64,000 bases of DNA from NCBI GenBank assembly GCA_963836075.1, contig CAWIIB010000009.1, positions 64,001-128,000 of the forward strand, written 5' to 3'. Position 1 is the stretch's first letter, and every line of letters begins with the position of its first letter. Origin of the DNA: an uncultured Acidobacteriota bacterium (GTDB lineage: Bacteria; Acidobacteriota; JAQAZP01). Below, one piece after another: positions 41,216-51,636 of this stretch. The translations under genes were made by a program, and so were the position numbers. The notes under the pieces are model-generated. The model saw nothing but the letters and a program-made list of their open reading frames with translations. It did no database searches and had not been told where the DNA came from.

Positions 41216-41241
41216 CCATGGAAAGCAAGGGCTTTCCATGG
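41216..41241. promoter_or_regulatory. Perfect 11 bp inverted repeat upstream of crtY (operator or terminator)
   Basis: CCATGGAAAGC-aagg-GCTTTCCATGG. Confidence 0.45.
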
Positions 41242-41264
41242 AAGGAATCGAATTTCTTATTAAA

Positions 41265-42293
41265 TCAGAGGTTTGGCTCTTGTGCAACTTTGGTCGCCAG
41301 TGACGGGTCCCAGATCCGGTGCCAGACCCAGGCCAGTTGCCGCCGCTGGAAGGTCATTTCCAGCTGCTCCGGCGCCAGCGGCACGGTCACCGGCCCGTCC
41401 CTGCGGCCCACGAGGAAACTGAAAACGTAGGAGGGCTCGGTCCCCATGCGCAGGTCGCTGACCACGATCCCGCCGCCTTCCTCGGCCAGGGCGTAGAACC
41501 CCCGGGAGAACCAGCGCAGGCGGGCCACCGGCCGGTGCTCCTCCAGGCCGCTGAGCAGCGCCGTCCGCCGGGGATAGCGCTCCACGAGGAGCGGCGCGTC
41601 CCCGTCGAAGAGCGAGAAGTAGGCTTCGAAATAGGTGTCCCCGTCGATGCCCACGTAGCGGTGGAGCAGTGTGGTGAACGGCGCCGGGGTGGCGGTGAGG
41701 CGGGACCAGTCGATGTCCTGGCGCTCCAGTTTCGAGGCCACCCGGTGGTCGAGCGAACTCCCGCACGCCGGCCGCCCACAGGGTGTAGGACAGGCAGAGC
41801 AGCAGGCCCACCGTGTTCATCCGGTGGCCCAGGCGCCGGTTGCCCTTATCAGCAGCGCCGCCAGGCACCCCACCAACAGCGGCAGGGTGAACAGCGGGTC
41901 GATGATGAAGAAGATCGGCCAGGCCCTGGGGGTGGTGTCGAAGGGCCAGAATATCTGCGTGCCGTACACCGTGAGGAAATCGATCAGCACGCTGGACTGG
42001 AAAACAAGGAAGGCGAGCAACATCCAGCCCACCGTGTGTTTAGGGGAGTCACGGTGGATCCGGCTGATCAGCCATCCGGCAGGGATGGAGAGCAGCGCCA
42101 GCAGGAACAGGGAGTGGCTGAAGCCGCGGTGGGAGACGAACGCCTCCACCGGCCCGTCCACCGGGAGCAGGACGTCGAGGTCGGGGAGCGTCCCCAGCAC
42201 CGCCCCCCAGAGCATGGCCTTCCGTCCCACCTTCGGGCCGAGGACCGCTTCCCCCACGGCGGCACCGGCGGTCAACTGGGTCAGTGAATCCAC
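41265..42293 (-). CDS. Inner-membrane metal-dependent hydrolase (YdjM-like), frameshifted around 41780-41850
   Basis: MDSLTQ, LGTLPDLD, HRGFSHS, D.LT.YGT.IFWP, FIIDP; C-terminal PAPFTTLL..DLRMG.EP in another frame. Confidence 0.85.
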
Positions 42294-42304
42294 GGTCGGG
42301 TCCC

Positions 42305-43399
42305 TCAGCCGGCGGCCACCGCTTCCACCAGGTCGGAAGCGTCGCCGAGGATGCCGCTGCGGAACGCCTTGTGGCTCGGCACCGGCAACGGCGGGAAGGT
42401 GTTGTTGTCCGGGTTGAAGCGCAGGCGGTAGGAGAAGCCGAAGTTGCCCTGGGACTCCATGGTCTGCCAGCCGCGCACGTAGTACGAGCAGTCATCGTTG
42501 AAGCAGACGTACATCGTCTCCACGTTCCACTCGGTGAACGGGGTCTGGGGCACGGCCCACTTGGACAGCGGCTGCTCGCAGTAAGGGCAGCAGCCGGTGT
42601 GGCGCACCGCCGCTTTACGTTCGGCCACCAGCGCCGGGTCGGGGGTGGCCACGTCGCCGGCCGCTTCGGCCGGATCGGGCCGCGCCGCTCCGTTACCACC
42701 GGCCCGTTCGGCGTAGACTGCGATCACCGGGTCGCTGGGGATGCCCAGCTCGGCATAGCGGTCATCGGCCGGGCGGGGCAGGCCGCGGGAAGCGAAATAC
42801 CGCGGCTCGTCAAAGACGCCGGCGGCACGGATCCAGTCCTGCACCAGCAGCAGCCGCTCCTCCTCGGTGGAGCGCTTCCAGACGTGGGTGGCCTTTTCCG
42901 GAAAGTAGCGGTTGGAGAAAACCACAAGCAGCAGGCCGCCGGGCTTGAGCACCCGGCCCGCCTCGGCCAGCACCACTTCCGGCCGGACCAGGTAGTCCAC
43001 CGAGATCACGTTGAGCACGGCGTCGAACGAGCTGTCCTCGAAGGGCAGCTCCGGGTCCTTGTTCAGATCATGGATCACCCGCCGGTCCAGGCGGGCGTTC
43101 TGTTCCAACTCGGTCTCGTTGAGCCCCAGCCCCACTACCTCGGCCGGGGAAAGGGCCGCGGGAAGGTGCGAGTCGTGGCTGGCCATCAGGTCGAGGATCC
43201 GGGGGTTCTCCTCCACCAGCAGGGTGCCCACCAGCCGCTCCACCGTCTCCAGCGCCCGGTTGTCCAGGTGCTCCACCAGGCGGGCGCGGCTGTAGAAGGT
43301 GGGGTCGGGACACTCGTTGTCCCGGGAAAAGTCGCTTTTGTCGTCGCCCACCGCGGGGCGGCAGCTCAGTGGCTGATCCATGATCGTGATGCTCCTCAT
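42305..43399 (-). CDS. Class I SAM-dependent methyltransferase with a C-terminal Cys4 zinc-ribbon-like domain
   Basis: FYSRARLVEHLD, ILDLMAS..SHLP, LPFEDSSFDAV, RVLKPGG, FSNRYFPEKA; tail CPYC...YVCFNDDC.YY.RGW. Confidence 0.85.
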   Translation of the reverse strand: MRSITIMDQPLSCRPAVGDDKSDFSRDNECPDPTFYSRARLVEHLDNRALETVERLVGTLLVEENPRILDLMASHDSHLPAALSPAEVVGLGLNETELEQNARLDRRVIHDLNKDPELPFEDSSFDAVLNVISVDYLVRPEVVLAEAGRVLKPGGLLLVVFSNRYFPEKATHVWKRSTEEERLLLVQDWIRAAGVFDEPRYFASRGLPRPADDRYAELGIPSDPVIAVYAERAGGNGAARPDPAEAAGDVATPDPALVAERKAAVRHTGCCPYCEQPLSKWAVPQTPFTEWNVETMYVCFNDDCSYYVRGWQTMESQGNFGFSYRLRFNPDNNTFPPLPVPSHKAFRSGILGDASDLVEAVAAG

Positions 43400-43514
43400 T
43401 GCGGCAGCAGCCGGCCGGAGCCGGCTGGTCGTTGTCCATCCGGATAATCATTATGCCACGGAAGCCCCGCACACGACCGAGGAAGGCCGCTGCAGAAACG
43501 TTGGGCGACGCGTG

Positions 43515-44496
43515 TCAATCCCCGTTCCGTAAGAGGGTCACCGCGCCGCCCGTGCGAGCGGACCGCACGTCGAGCACCCCGGGGATCCGCCGCAGCCGCT
43601 GCTCCACGGCCTCCGCCTCCTCCCCGAGCGTCAGCACGTGCACATTGGCGCCCGCATCCACGGTGTAACAGACGGGGATGCCCTGGCGCCGCCACCGGCG
43701 GACGGCGCTCATCACCTCTTCCGAAGCGAAGGTCAGGTAATGAAGCACCGGGGTGGAACTCAACATCACCGCATGCATCAGGTCCGAGTCGATTTCCACG
43801 ATGGAGGCCAGCGTATCGAAGTCACGCTCGAGCACGGCCAGGCGGCAGATGTCGAGCCGGCGGGGCGTATCCGCCACCCGCGCTGCCTGCAGGGGACTGC
43901 TCGAGGCGAGCGCATGCCCGTCGATGGAAGCGGTGTCCTTGGGTGACGTGCTGACGATGGCGACACAATCCACCAGGTTCCAGTGATCGGCGGGAGCGAT
44001 GGAATGGGCGAAGGAATCGTGATCACCGCCGCCGGCCGGCCATTCCACGAACCCCCCGGGAACCGAGCGCGCCGCGGAACCGGACCCGCACCGCGCCAGG
44101 CGCGACAGTTCGGGCTCGCCGAGTTCGAGGCCCGCGGCCGCACTGCCCGCCAGGGCCAGCGCCGCAAAGGCCGAGGCCGAGGAAGCGATCCCCGCGCCGG
44201 CGGGAAAATCGTTCTCGCTGAGCACCTCCGCGCGCTCGTCGATACCGGCCATCTCGCGCACGATATCGAGGATCCGCGAAACACGGTCGCAGCGCCGTGC
44301 TGTCGGCCTGGCGCCCGTTAATCACCAGCGTGTCGGCGGCCGGCGACGGCTGGAAGCTGACCGTGGTCCGCGTGGTCAGGCCGTCGAGATTCATCGAGAT
44401 CGATCCGTTCGCCGGCAGATGCCGCTCGTGGTCTCGATTACCCCAGTACTTGATGAAGGCGATGTTGGGATGGCTCAGCGCCGTGGCCTTGTTCAT
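43515..44496 (-). CDS. mvaD: Diphosphomevalonate (or phosphomevalonate) decarboxylase, frameshift near 44285
   Basis: HPNIAFIKYWGNRD..LPANGSIS, FPAGAGIASSAS, GSGSAARS, YTVDAGANVH. Confidence 0.88.
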
Positions 44497-44523
44497 GGGG
44501 TGATGATACCACTGCCATGAGTG

Positions 44524-45552
44524 TTAGTAACTCATCTTGTCCAGCTTGACCTTGCCGCGGAAAATCCAGTAAATGCTCACCGTGTAAGCCAGCACAATGG
44601 GCACGCCGATGACAGCGATGATCAGCATGATCTTCAGTGTCTTTGGTGACGAGGCGGCATTGTAGATGTCGAGACTGTTGGCGACCTCGGGGTTGGAGAA
44701 GATCATGTCGGGATACATCCCGATGCCGAAAACGGCCAGCAGGGCCACCACCGCCACGCAGGAGGAGACAAAAGCGCGGAACTCGCGGCGGTGGAAGATC
44801 TCCCGCGGGATGTTGGCGATGGCCAGCATGCCGAGGAACGGCACAACAAAGAGCACCGGGTTGGCCTTGATGTGCTCGGTCATGTTCGGCACGTAGAGCA
44901 GGGTGGCCATGGTGGTGCAGACATAGCAGATGATGAAGAAGATCATCGAGCGCCGGGCCCAGAGCCGCAGCTTCTCCTGCAGCTCGTCCTCGGTCTTCAG
45001 GATGCCGTAGATCGCGCCGTGCATCATGAACAGCGCCACCGTGGTCACCCCCACCAGCAGGGCGTAAGGGTGCAGCAGGCCGAGGAAGGAGCCGGCGAAC
45101 TCGTGGCTCGCGTCCAGCGGCACGCCCCAGGCCACGTTGCCCAGGGCCACCCCCACCAGCAGGCTGGAGAGGATCGAGCTGACCGAGAAGCTGACGTCCC
45201 ACATCTGGCGCCAGCCCGGGTTCTCCCGTTTCGACCGGAAGTCGATGGCCACCGCGCGAAAGATCAGCCCGCAGAGCAGCAGCATGAAGGCGATGTAGAA
45301 CCCGGAGAAAGCCGTGGCATACACCTCGGGGAAGGCGGCGAAGAGCGCCCCGCCGCCGGTGACCAGCCAGACCTCGTTGCCGTCCCACACCGGCCCGATG
45401 GAGTTGATCATCAGCCGCCGCTCGCGGTCGCTGCTGGTGAAAAGGTGCAGGGCGCCGATGCCGAGGTCAAAACCGTCGAGCACCGCATACCCGGCGAGCA
45501 GGATGCCGACGAGGAAGAACCAGACCGTGTTGAGATCGAATGCGATGTTCAT
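44524..45552 (-). CDS. cydB: Cytochrome bd ubiquinol oxidase subunit II
   Basis: YAVLDGFDLGIG, IGPVWDGNEVWL, FAAFP..Y, YWIFRGKV; ATG overlaps the cydA stop. Confidence 0.95.
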   Translation of the reverse strand: MNIAFDLNTVWFFLVGILLAGYAVLDGFDLGIGALHLFTSSDRERRLMINSIGPVWDGNEVWLVTGGGALFAAFPEVYATAFSGFYIAFMLLLCGLIFRAVAIDFRSKRENPGWRQMWDVSFSVSSILSSLLVGVALGNVAWGVPLDASHEFAGSFLGLLHPYALLVGVTTVALFMMHGAIYGILKTEDELQEKLRLWARRSMIFFIICYVCTTMATLLYVPNMTEHIKANPVLFVVPFLGMLAIANIPREIFHRREFRAFVSSCVAVVALLAVFGIGMYPDMIFSNPEVANSLDIYNAASSPKTLKIMLIIAVIGVPIVLAYTVSIYWIFRGKVKLDKMSY

Positions 45553-46898
45553 GCCCGCCTCCCTTCGTGCTGCAGGTCCTCTTCGTCGGGACCGTGCTGG
45601 ATCTTCTCGTTGAGCAGGTAGACAAAGAGCACGAAGAGCAGCCCGTAGATCAGGCCGAACATCACGATGGAGCCGAGCACCTGCCAGGCGGAGACCACCG
45701 GCGAGCCGGCATCGGCGGTGCGCAGCAGGCCCTGGACGATCCAGGGCTGGCGCCCGATCTCGGCGGTCATCCAGCCCAGCTGGTTGGCCAGCTGGGGCCC
45801 GAGCACCGAGAAGACCAGCACCCAGAGCAGCCAGCGGGCCTGGAAGAGCCACCCGCGCCACCAGAAGAGCAGGCCGAGCAGCGAGAGGCCGATCAGCCCC
45901 ATGCCGATGGCCACCATCAGGTGGTAGGACTGGAAGACGATGTTCACCGGCGGCCGGTCCTCCGGAGGCACCGAGCGCAGGCCGGTCACCGGGGCCGAGC
46001 TGTCGCCGTGGATCATCCAGGAGAGCATCCCCGGCAGTTCGACCCCGAAGCGCAGGGTTTCGTTCTCCTCGTCGACCCAGCCGAAGAGGGCCAGCGGGGC
46101 CGGCTCGCTCTCCGGCCACACCGCCTCCATCGCCGCCATCTTCACCGGCTGGTTGACGCTGACCCCCTCGGCGCTGGTGTGCCCGGTGACCAGCTGCAGG
46201 ATCGCGGCCACCGCGGCCACCGGCAGGGCGATCTTGATCGACAGCCGCGCGAAGTCGGTGTGCCGGTTGCGCAGCAGGTAGTAGGCGCCGACGCTGACCA
46301 CGAAGAAGGCCCCGGCCTGCCAGGCGCCGAGCACCGTGTGGGTCAGCCGGTCGATGGTGGAGGGGTTGAAGACCAGGGCCCAGAAATCGGTGATCTCGGC
46401 CCGGACGCCGGTGGCCGTCTGCACCAGGTGGTGGCCGGCCGGCGTCTGCTGCCAGGAGTTGGCGACAATGATCCAGACCGCGCTGAAGTGGGCCCCCAGC
46501 GCCACCATCACCGTGGAGATGAAGTGCGTCCGCGGCTTTACCTTGTCCCAGCCGAAGAGCAGGATGGCCAGGAACCCGGACTCGAGGAAGAAGGCGAAGA
46601 TCCCCTCGGCGGCCAGGGCGCTGCCAAAGACATCGCCGACGAACCGCGAGTAGCTGGACCAGTTGGTGCCGAACTGGAACTCCATCACGATGCCCGACGC
46701 CACGCCAAGGGCGAAGATCAGGCCGAAGACCTTGACCCAGAAACGGGTCATCTGGTGGAACAGCGGGTTCTTCGTCTTGAGATAGAGCCCCTCCATGAGG
46801 ACCAGGATCAGCCCCAGACCGATACTCAAAGGCGGAAAGAGATAGTGGAAACCGATGGTCAGTGCGAATTGCAGGCGGGAGAGGAACAGAGTATCCAT
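45549..46898 (-). CDS. cydA: Cytochrome bd ubiquinol oxidase subunit I
   Basis: [50 protein letters not shown]. Confidence 0.97.
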   Translation of the reverse strand: MDTLFLSRLQFALTIGFHYLFPPLSIGLGLILVLMEGLYLKTKNPLFHQMTRFWVKVFGLIFALGVASGIVMEFQFGTNWSSYSRFVGDVFGSALAAEGIFAFFLESGFLAILLFGWDKVKPRTHFISTVMVALGAHFSAVWIIVANSWQQTPAGHHLVQTATGVRAEITDFWALVFNPSTIDRLTHTVLGAWQAGAFFVVSVGAYYLLRNRHTDFARLSIKIALPVAAVAAILQLVTGHTSAEGVSVNQPVKMAAMEAVWPESEPAPLALFGWVDEENETLRFGVELPGMLSWMIHGDSSAPVTGLRSVPPEDRPPVNIVFQSYHLMVAIGMGLIGLSLLGLLFWWRGWLFQARWLLWVLVFSVLGPQLANQLGWMTAEIGRQPWIVQGLLRTADAGSPVVSAWQVLGSIVMFGLIYGLLFVLFVYLLNEKIQHGPDEEDLQHEGRRA

Positions 46899-47135
46899 GA
46901 ATGCCTCCCAACAGGGTCAGTGATAAGGTATTTCATGCTGTTTAGAAGGCTATATTATCCCGTTTTTCCCGGCCTGACAATCAGCGCCCGACGGGACAGC
47001 GACCCCACAAAGCACATGGAGCAGCTAGTGTTTGGCCGCTTCCATTCTCTCCGGCCGCAGGCAGCGCTCTTCCGGTGGGCCGGTGACTCCGGTCAGCTCG
47101 GGCCATCCGGGCCGCCATCTTTCGCGGACCAGCGC

Positions 47136-48422
47136 TCACGGCTGCAGTCCGGTGACGTTGCAGGCAGCGTGGTCGCTCCCACCGGACGGTTGGTGAGGCG
47201 GCTGGTTGAAGGGCGCGGGTGTCACGTCCTCCACGGTAACGGTGAAGATGTTGGCGCCAAGGCACGACGCTAGCGCCGGGATCTGCTGCACCCAGGAGGC
47301 CACGAATTCATCACCGGGGGCGATGTTGCTGTATCCCGCTCGCCAGGAGGGGAACTGCGCGCCGCCGGCCAGGGCCGCCCCCACCCGGACCGCCACGCGG
47401 CGGGTCTCGTTCGCATCATGATCGAAGCTGACCGTGAAGTGCACCGGCAGCGGCAGGACACCCTCCGAAGGCTCGCAGGTGATGGCGGCTGAAGGTTGGA
47501 CCGGAAAGAGGCAGTGCTGCTCATGCTCGATACGGTTGTCGCTGTTCAGCAAGTCCTGCCAGTCCGCCCAGGCACCGTCGTCGCCCAGCAATACCGCGTC
47601 GAGCCAGGGGGCCAGGTGGTCGGTGACCGTCACCTGCTGCTCGGCCCGACTGATGCCTGGCGACGAACAGAAGAGTTCACCGAGACTGCATGTGAAGCTG
47701 TAGGCCGCGAACTGACAGTGGCTGGCTCCGAGCACGGTGATGAGCGCACGGCAGCCGGAGCCGAGGTTGCCGTACATCGGCAACTGGTGGTCCGGCGGAG
47801 GGGTCACACAGTCGAGCTCGCCGGCAAAGATCAGTGCCGAAACCTGGATCGATGCGGCCGCGCCGATGGCCGACGGTGAGGTCTCGGCCGGGGCCAGTGC
47901 GGCCACGGCAGTGATCGTCGGGTCTCCGGCGGCCGCGAGCAGGGCGGCGCCGCCGCCCATGGAGTGCCCGAGAACCGCCGCCTCACCGGCGATCCGGCCC
48001 TCGTAGGGGCTGCCCGCCGTGTTGCCGGCCGCCCTGAGCGCATTGATCACATAGGCCAGGTCGAGGCCAAAATCACCGTGGCTGGGGAACAGGCCGTTCT
48101 CGGTGTCTGACAGGGCCACCACATATCCCCGGGGCACCAGGGCATCGACCAGAAAGCCATAGACCGACCAGTTCAGCTGGTAGCCGTGGCCGACGCTGAT
48201 AACCGGGAACGGGCCGCCGGCGGCAGCCACCGGGACACCGTCACCGGGCGCGTCTGACGGATAGTAGACCTCGACAGGGATGTTGCGGTTACCCCGGTCT
48301 GGATCGACGAAGGTCTCGGTTTGATGACCGATCTCGAACGTCTGCGCACCGTCGGTCCCGGGGGCAAAAAGGAAGAACAGAGCGAACAGCACAACGGAAG
48401 CAGACTTGGTGATCACGGTCAT
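47136..48422 (-). CDS. Secreted chlorophyllase/cutinase-like alpha/beta hydrolase with the shared C-terminal domain
   Basis: Signal peptide, R.IPVEVYYP, GHSMGGGA nucleophile elbow, GELDCVTP, GASHCQF; tail homologous to 3383..3748. Confidence 0.85.
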   Translation of the reverse strand: MTVITKSASVVLFALFFLFAPGTDGAQTFEIGHQTETFVDPDRGNRNIPVEVYYPSDAPGDGVPVAAAGGPFPVISVGHGYQLNWSVYGFLVDALVPRGYVVALSDTENGLFPSHGDFGLDLAYVINALRAAGNTAGSPYEGRIAGEAAVLGHSMGGGAALLAAAGDPTITAVAALAPAETSPSAIGAAASIQVSALIFAGELDCVTPPPDHQLPMYGNLGSGCRALITVLGASHCQFAAYSFTCSLGELFCSSPGISRAEQQVTVTDHLAPWLDAVLLGDDGAWADWQDLLNSDNRIEHEQHCLFPVQPSAAITCEPSEGVLPLPVHFTVSFDHDANETRRVAVRVGAALAGGAQFPSWRAGYSNIAPGDEFVASWVQQIPALASCLGANIFTVTVEDVTPAPFNQPPHQPSGGSDHAACNVTGLQP

Positions 48423-48604
48423 GGTTGCACCTCTTCAGCCGGTGGGTGGGGGCATCCAGCACCCGGGTGACTCCGGACCAGCCCATACATTAAGATTAGG
48501 TTTTCCAGGGGAGAAACGCAACTCGGGCCGGGCGGCAGAACCCGGGGTACAGAAAACGGGCCCGCGAACTCGGTCCACGGGCCTGGGGGGATTGATCAAC
48601 CGGT

Positions 48605-49315
48605 TTACAGGTCGATGGTCTGCAGGAAGAGGGTGAACGTGCCGTCGAAAATCGAGCCGATGGCATACACGGTATATGACTTCCCGCCTTCAAAGAAAAT
48701 CCGACCCGAGTCGAATGCCACATCGCTGGTGCCGGTGGGCAGCAACTGAGCCGTCAGCACACCGCGCCAGTAGTCGGCCGGACCGAACTGTGTCGGCATG
48801 CCATCATCGGCGTTGGAAATGTCGATCCCCTTGGTGACGAACCAGCGGAACCACCAGCCGCGCAGCAGGGCCGCGTCCACGGCCGGAGCGTCGGCAGTGT
48901 GCCGAACGGTCAGCCGAATTTTGTCGTGGGCCAGGGAGGACGTGTTATTCTCGAAAAGCGAAAGTTTGATCCCCGAATCAACACCGTCGATGAACGTCTC
49001 GTGGGCGATGACAGTGTAGTTCATCCCTTCTTCGAGGGTGACCTCCGCGTCGAGCACCACCGCGCCGTCCAGTTTCACCTCGAGCAGGTAGTCGCCGGCT
49101 TCGAGAGGCAGCGGCCCCACGCTCTCGTTGAAATCGAAGGAGAAGGCGAATCCGCCGTTGACAAAGACATCCACCGGCATGGGCAGGCCGGGGATCCCGT
49201 GGATCACGGTGAGGTCAAAGTTTCCTGCCGGCTCACCCTTGCCCTTGATGGCGGCATTGGCGCTGACGGTGACGGACAGCAACAGGATGGCGATGGCGGT
49301 GATCAATTTCTTCAT
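48605..49315 (-). CDS. DUF4397-like secreted protein
   Basis: Signal peptide; VIHGIPG..VDVFVNG, VRHTADAPAVD, YTVYAIG. Confidence 0.75.
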   Translation of the reverse strand: MKKLITAIAILLLSVTVSANAAIKGKGEPAGNFDLTVIHGIPGLPMPVDVFVNGGFAFSFDFNESVGPLPLEAGDYLLEVKLDGAVVLDAEVTLEEGMNYTVIAHETFIDGVDSGIKLSLFENNTSSLAHDKIRLTVRHTADAPAVDAALLRGWWFRWFVTKGIDISNADDGMPTQFGPADYWRGVLTAQLLPTGTSDVAFDSGRIFFEGGKSYTVYAIGSIFDGTFTLFLQTIDL

Positions 49316-49589
49316 CGTTCTTCTCCTTAACCAGTGATTGGTCATCTCTGAAAATTTGGTTTTCTGAATCCTGCCCGGAATGCGATCTCCCGGCTGGCTC
49401 CGCTGATAATTGGAAGATTAACATGGGAAATGATAAATGTCAATAATTATTCTAGTTAATTTCTATATTTTTTCAAACCAAAGCCAACCATGAGCATCCT
49501 CAATAATCAAATATAAGTTTATTATTCATATTTTTAGGCAACACCAACAGGGCATCTTCAGGCACGACAACGGAGTTAATGTCTATTTA

Positions 49590-49618
49590 TTGACAAATAT
49601 AATGTAGACAAATATAAT
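49590..49618 (+). promoter_or_regulatory. Consensus sigma70 promoter of the lipocalin gene
   Basis: TTGACA (49590-49595), 17 nt spacer, TATAAT (49613-49618). Confidence 0.75.
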
Positions 49619-49647
49619 GAAGCTGTTTTGAGAGGGAGCAGATTCCG

Positions 49648-50199
49648 ATGATGAACAATACAAATAGAGGACGCTGGCTGGCCCTGTTGCTGCTGGTGAT
49701 CAGTCTGGGGACGTCCGGCGGATGTGACGACATGCCTGAGGAACCAATGGCAGCAGTGTCCCGGGTGGACCTGGAGCGGTTCATGGGGGACTGGTACGTG
49801 ATCGCCTCGATCCCCACCTCGCTGGAGAAGGGGGCTCACAATGCCGTCGAGTCATACCGGCTCAACGACGACCGTACGGTGCAGACCACCTTCACCTTTC
49901 GCAAGGACGGCTTTGACGGCCCGCTGAAGACCTACAAACCGAAGGGGTTCGTACGGGATGACCCCTCCAATGCCTTGTGGGGCATGCGCTTCATCTGGCC
50001 GATCAAGGCCGACTACCGCATCATCTATCTCGACGAGGACTACCGGGTGACGGTGATCGGCCGGCAGAAACGGGACTACGTCTGGATCATGGCTCGCACG
50101 CCGCAGATCGACGAGGCCGAGTTCGAGACGCTGCTCGACTTTGTCGAGGCGCAGGGCTACGACCGGTCGCTGGTGGAACGGGTACCCCAGCGCTGGTAA
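49648..50199 (+). CDS. blc: Bacterial lipocalin (Blc-like) lipoprotein
   Basis: Lipobox SGGC, VDLERFMGDWYVIA, DYRIIYLDEDY, YVWIMARTP. Confidence 0.9.
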   Translation: MMNNTNRGRWLALLLLVISLGTSGGCDDMPEEPMAAVSRVDLERFMGDWYVIASIPTSLEKGAHNAVESYRLNDDRTVQTTFTFRKDGFDGPLKTYKPKGFVRDDPSNALWGMRFIWPIKADYRIIYLDEDYRVTVIGRQKRDYVWIMARTPQIDEAEFETLLDFVEAQGYDRSLVERVPQRW

Positions 50200-50334
50200 T
50201 CGGGGCCCGAAGGATGAATTTCACTTGTTCGTCGACAATTCCAGCATGCTATGATTTCCATTGCGGCATGCTGCACACGTATTCGATTCCACACCGGCCG
50301 GTGACCGGCCGTCCTGTCTGATGGAGGAGCGACG

Positions 50335-51567
50335 ATGCGCGGAATGACATTCCCCGGGCTGGCCCGTTTTTCGGCCCTGGTCCTGTTGATCTTCTTGCTG
50401 ACTACCCCCGCGGCCCTGGCCGGCTGGCGGGAAGCCGACACGCTGGTGCCGGACAAGGGCGTGGAGAACGACCTCGCCGGGTACTCGGCGGCCATCGCCG
50501 GAGACACGCTGTTCCTCGGCGCGGTGAACCGCTGCGCCGTGCATGTCTTCCAGCGCACGGGCGGCACCTGGCTGGAGCAGGCCTGGCTCGAGGCCAGCGA
50601 CGGCAGCGAGTGGGAGGAGTTCGGCAAGTCGGTTTCCGCCGATGGCGACCTGGCGGTGGTGGGCTGCCCCGGCGACGACATCATGTCCTGGAACTCCGGT
50701 TCGGCCTACATCTTCACCCGCCAGGCCTGGGGCTGGGACGAGACGGCCAAGCTGGTGCCCTCGGACACCTTCCAGCTGGACAACTTCGGCTGCTCGGTGG
50801 CAATCAGCGGGAACAAGGTGCTCGCCGGGGCCAAGTACGACGACGACATGGGCCACAGCTCCGGTTCGGCCTACCTCTTCGAGCTGCAGGACGGCCAGTG
50901 GGTCGAGGAAGCGAAACTGGTGGCCGCCGACGGGGCCGAAGGGGACCTGGCCGGCTGGTCGGTAGCCCTGGAAGGCAACACCGCGGTGGTGGGTGCCTGG
51001 GCCCGCCAGACCGACGCGCTGTTCGCCGGTGCGGTCTACGTCTACGAGAAGCTCGGCGGCGTGTGGACCCAGACCGCCACCCTCACCGCCCCGCAGCCGC
51101 TGGTTGACGCCTACTTCGGCGTCTCGGTGGCGATGGACCGCAACTTCATCGCCGTGGGCGCCACCGGCGAGGAGAACCGCCGCGGCGCGGTCTATCTGTT
51201 CAAACGGTCGCTCGACGGCTGGACGTACCAGCGGCGGCTCACCGGCTCGGGAACCGGCGCGGGCGCCGAGTATGGCAATGCGCTGGCCCTGGACAACGGG
51301 CGCCTGCTGGTGGCGGCCCACCGCCAGAACGGGCTGCGGGGCGGCGCCTTCCTCTACGAGCAGCGGGGCTCGTTCTGGATCGAGACCGGACCCATGGCCC
51401 CCCAGGGCATGGCGGCCGGCGAGCAGGCCGGCTGGTCGGTGGCCCTCTCGGGCAGCGAGATGCTGCTCGGCTGCCCCTTTGACAATCCCCATGGCCCCAG
51501 CTCCGGCTCGGGGGTGATGTTCAAGCAGGGGCTGCTGGCCTACTTCGGGCCGGCCGGCGGCCGGTAA
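50335..51567 (+). CDS. Secreted FG-GAP repeat (integrin alpha-like propeller) protein
   Basis: About seven repeats of FG.SVA..G....GA......G..Y.F....W....L; signal peptide. Confidence 0.85.
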   Translation: MRGMTFPGLARFSALVLLIFLLTTPAALAGWREADTLVPDKGVENDLAGYSAAIAGDTLFLGAVNRCAVHVFQRTGGTWLEQAWLEASDGSEWEEFGKSVSADGDLAVVGCPGDDIMSWNSGSAYIFTRQAWGWDETAKLVPSDTFQLDNFGCSVAISGNKVLAGAKYDDDMGHSSGSAYLFELQDGQWVEEAKLVAADGAEGDLAGWSVALEGNTAVVGAWARQTDALFAGAVYVYEKLGGVWTQTATLTAPQPLVDAYFGVSVAMDRNFIAVGATGEENRRGAVYLFKRSLDGWTYQRRLTGSGTGAGAEYGNALALDNGRLLVAAHRQNGLRGGAFLYEQRGSFWIETGPMAPQGMAAGEQAGWSVALSGSEMLLGCPFDNPHGPSSGSGVMFKQGLLAYFGPAGGR

Positions 51568-51587
51568 CCGGGAGGCGGCCGTACATG

Positions 51588-51617
51588 GAAAAGCCACCCG
51601 TTTGCGGGTGGCTTTTC
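51588..51617. terminator. Bidirectional rho-independent terminator
   Basis: gaaaagccacccg-tttg-cgggtggcttttc between convergent genes. Confidence 0.85.
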
Positions 51618-51636
51618 ACTTATCGCCTGCAGAAAA

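Noticed and set aside
44524-46911. 795 aa ORF suggesting a long or fused CydB
   Set aside because: The upstream part is an off-frame read of cydA; the true cydB start at 45552 overlaps the cydA stop.
49400-49460. Possible Fur/PerR box (tgataat, aataattatt)
   Set aside because: Weak match in a generally AT-rich tract, not distinguishable from background by eye.
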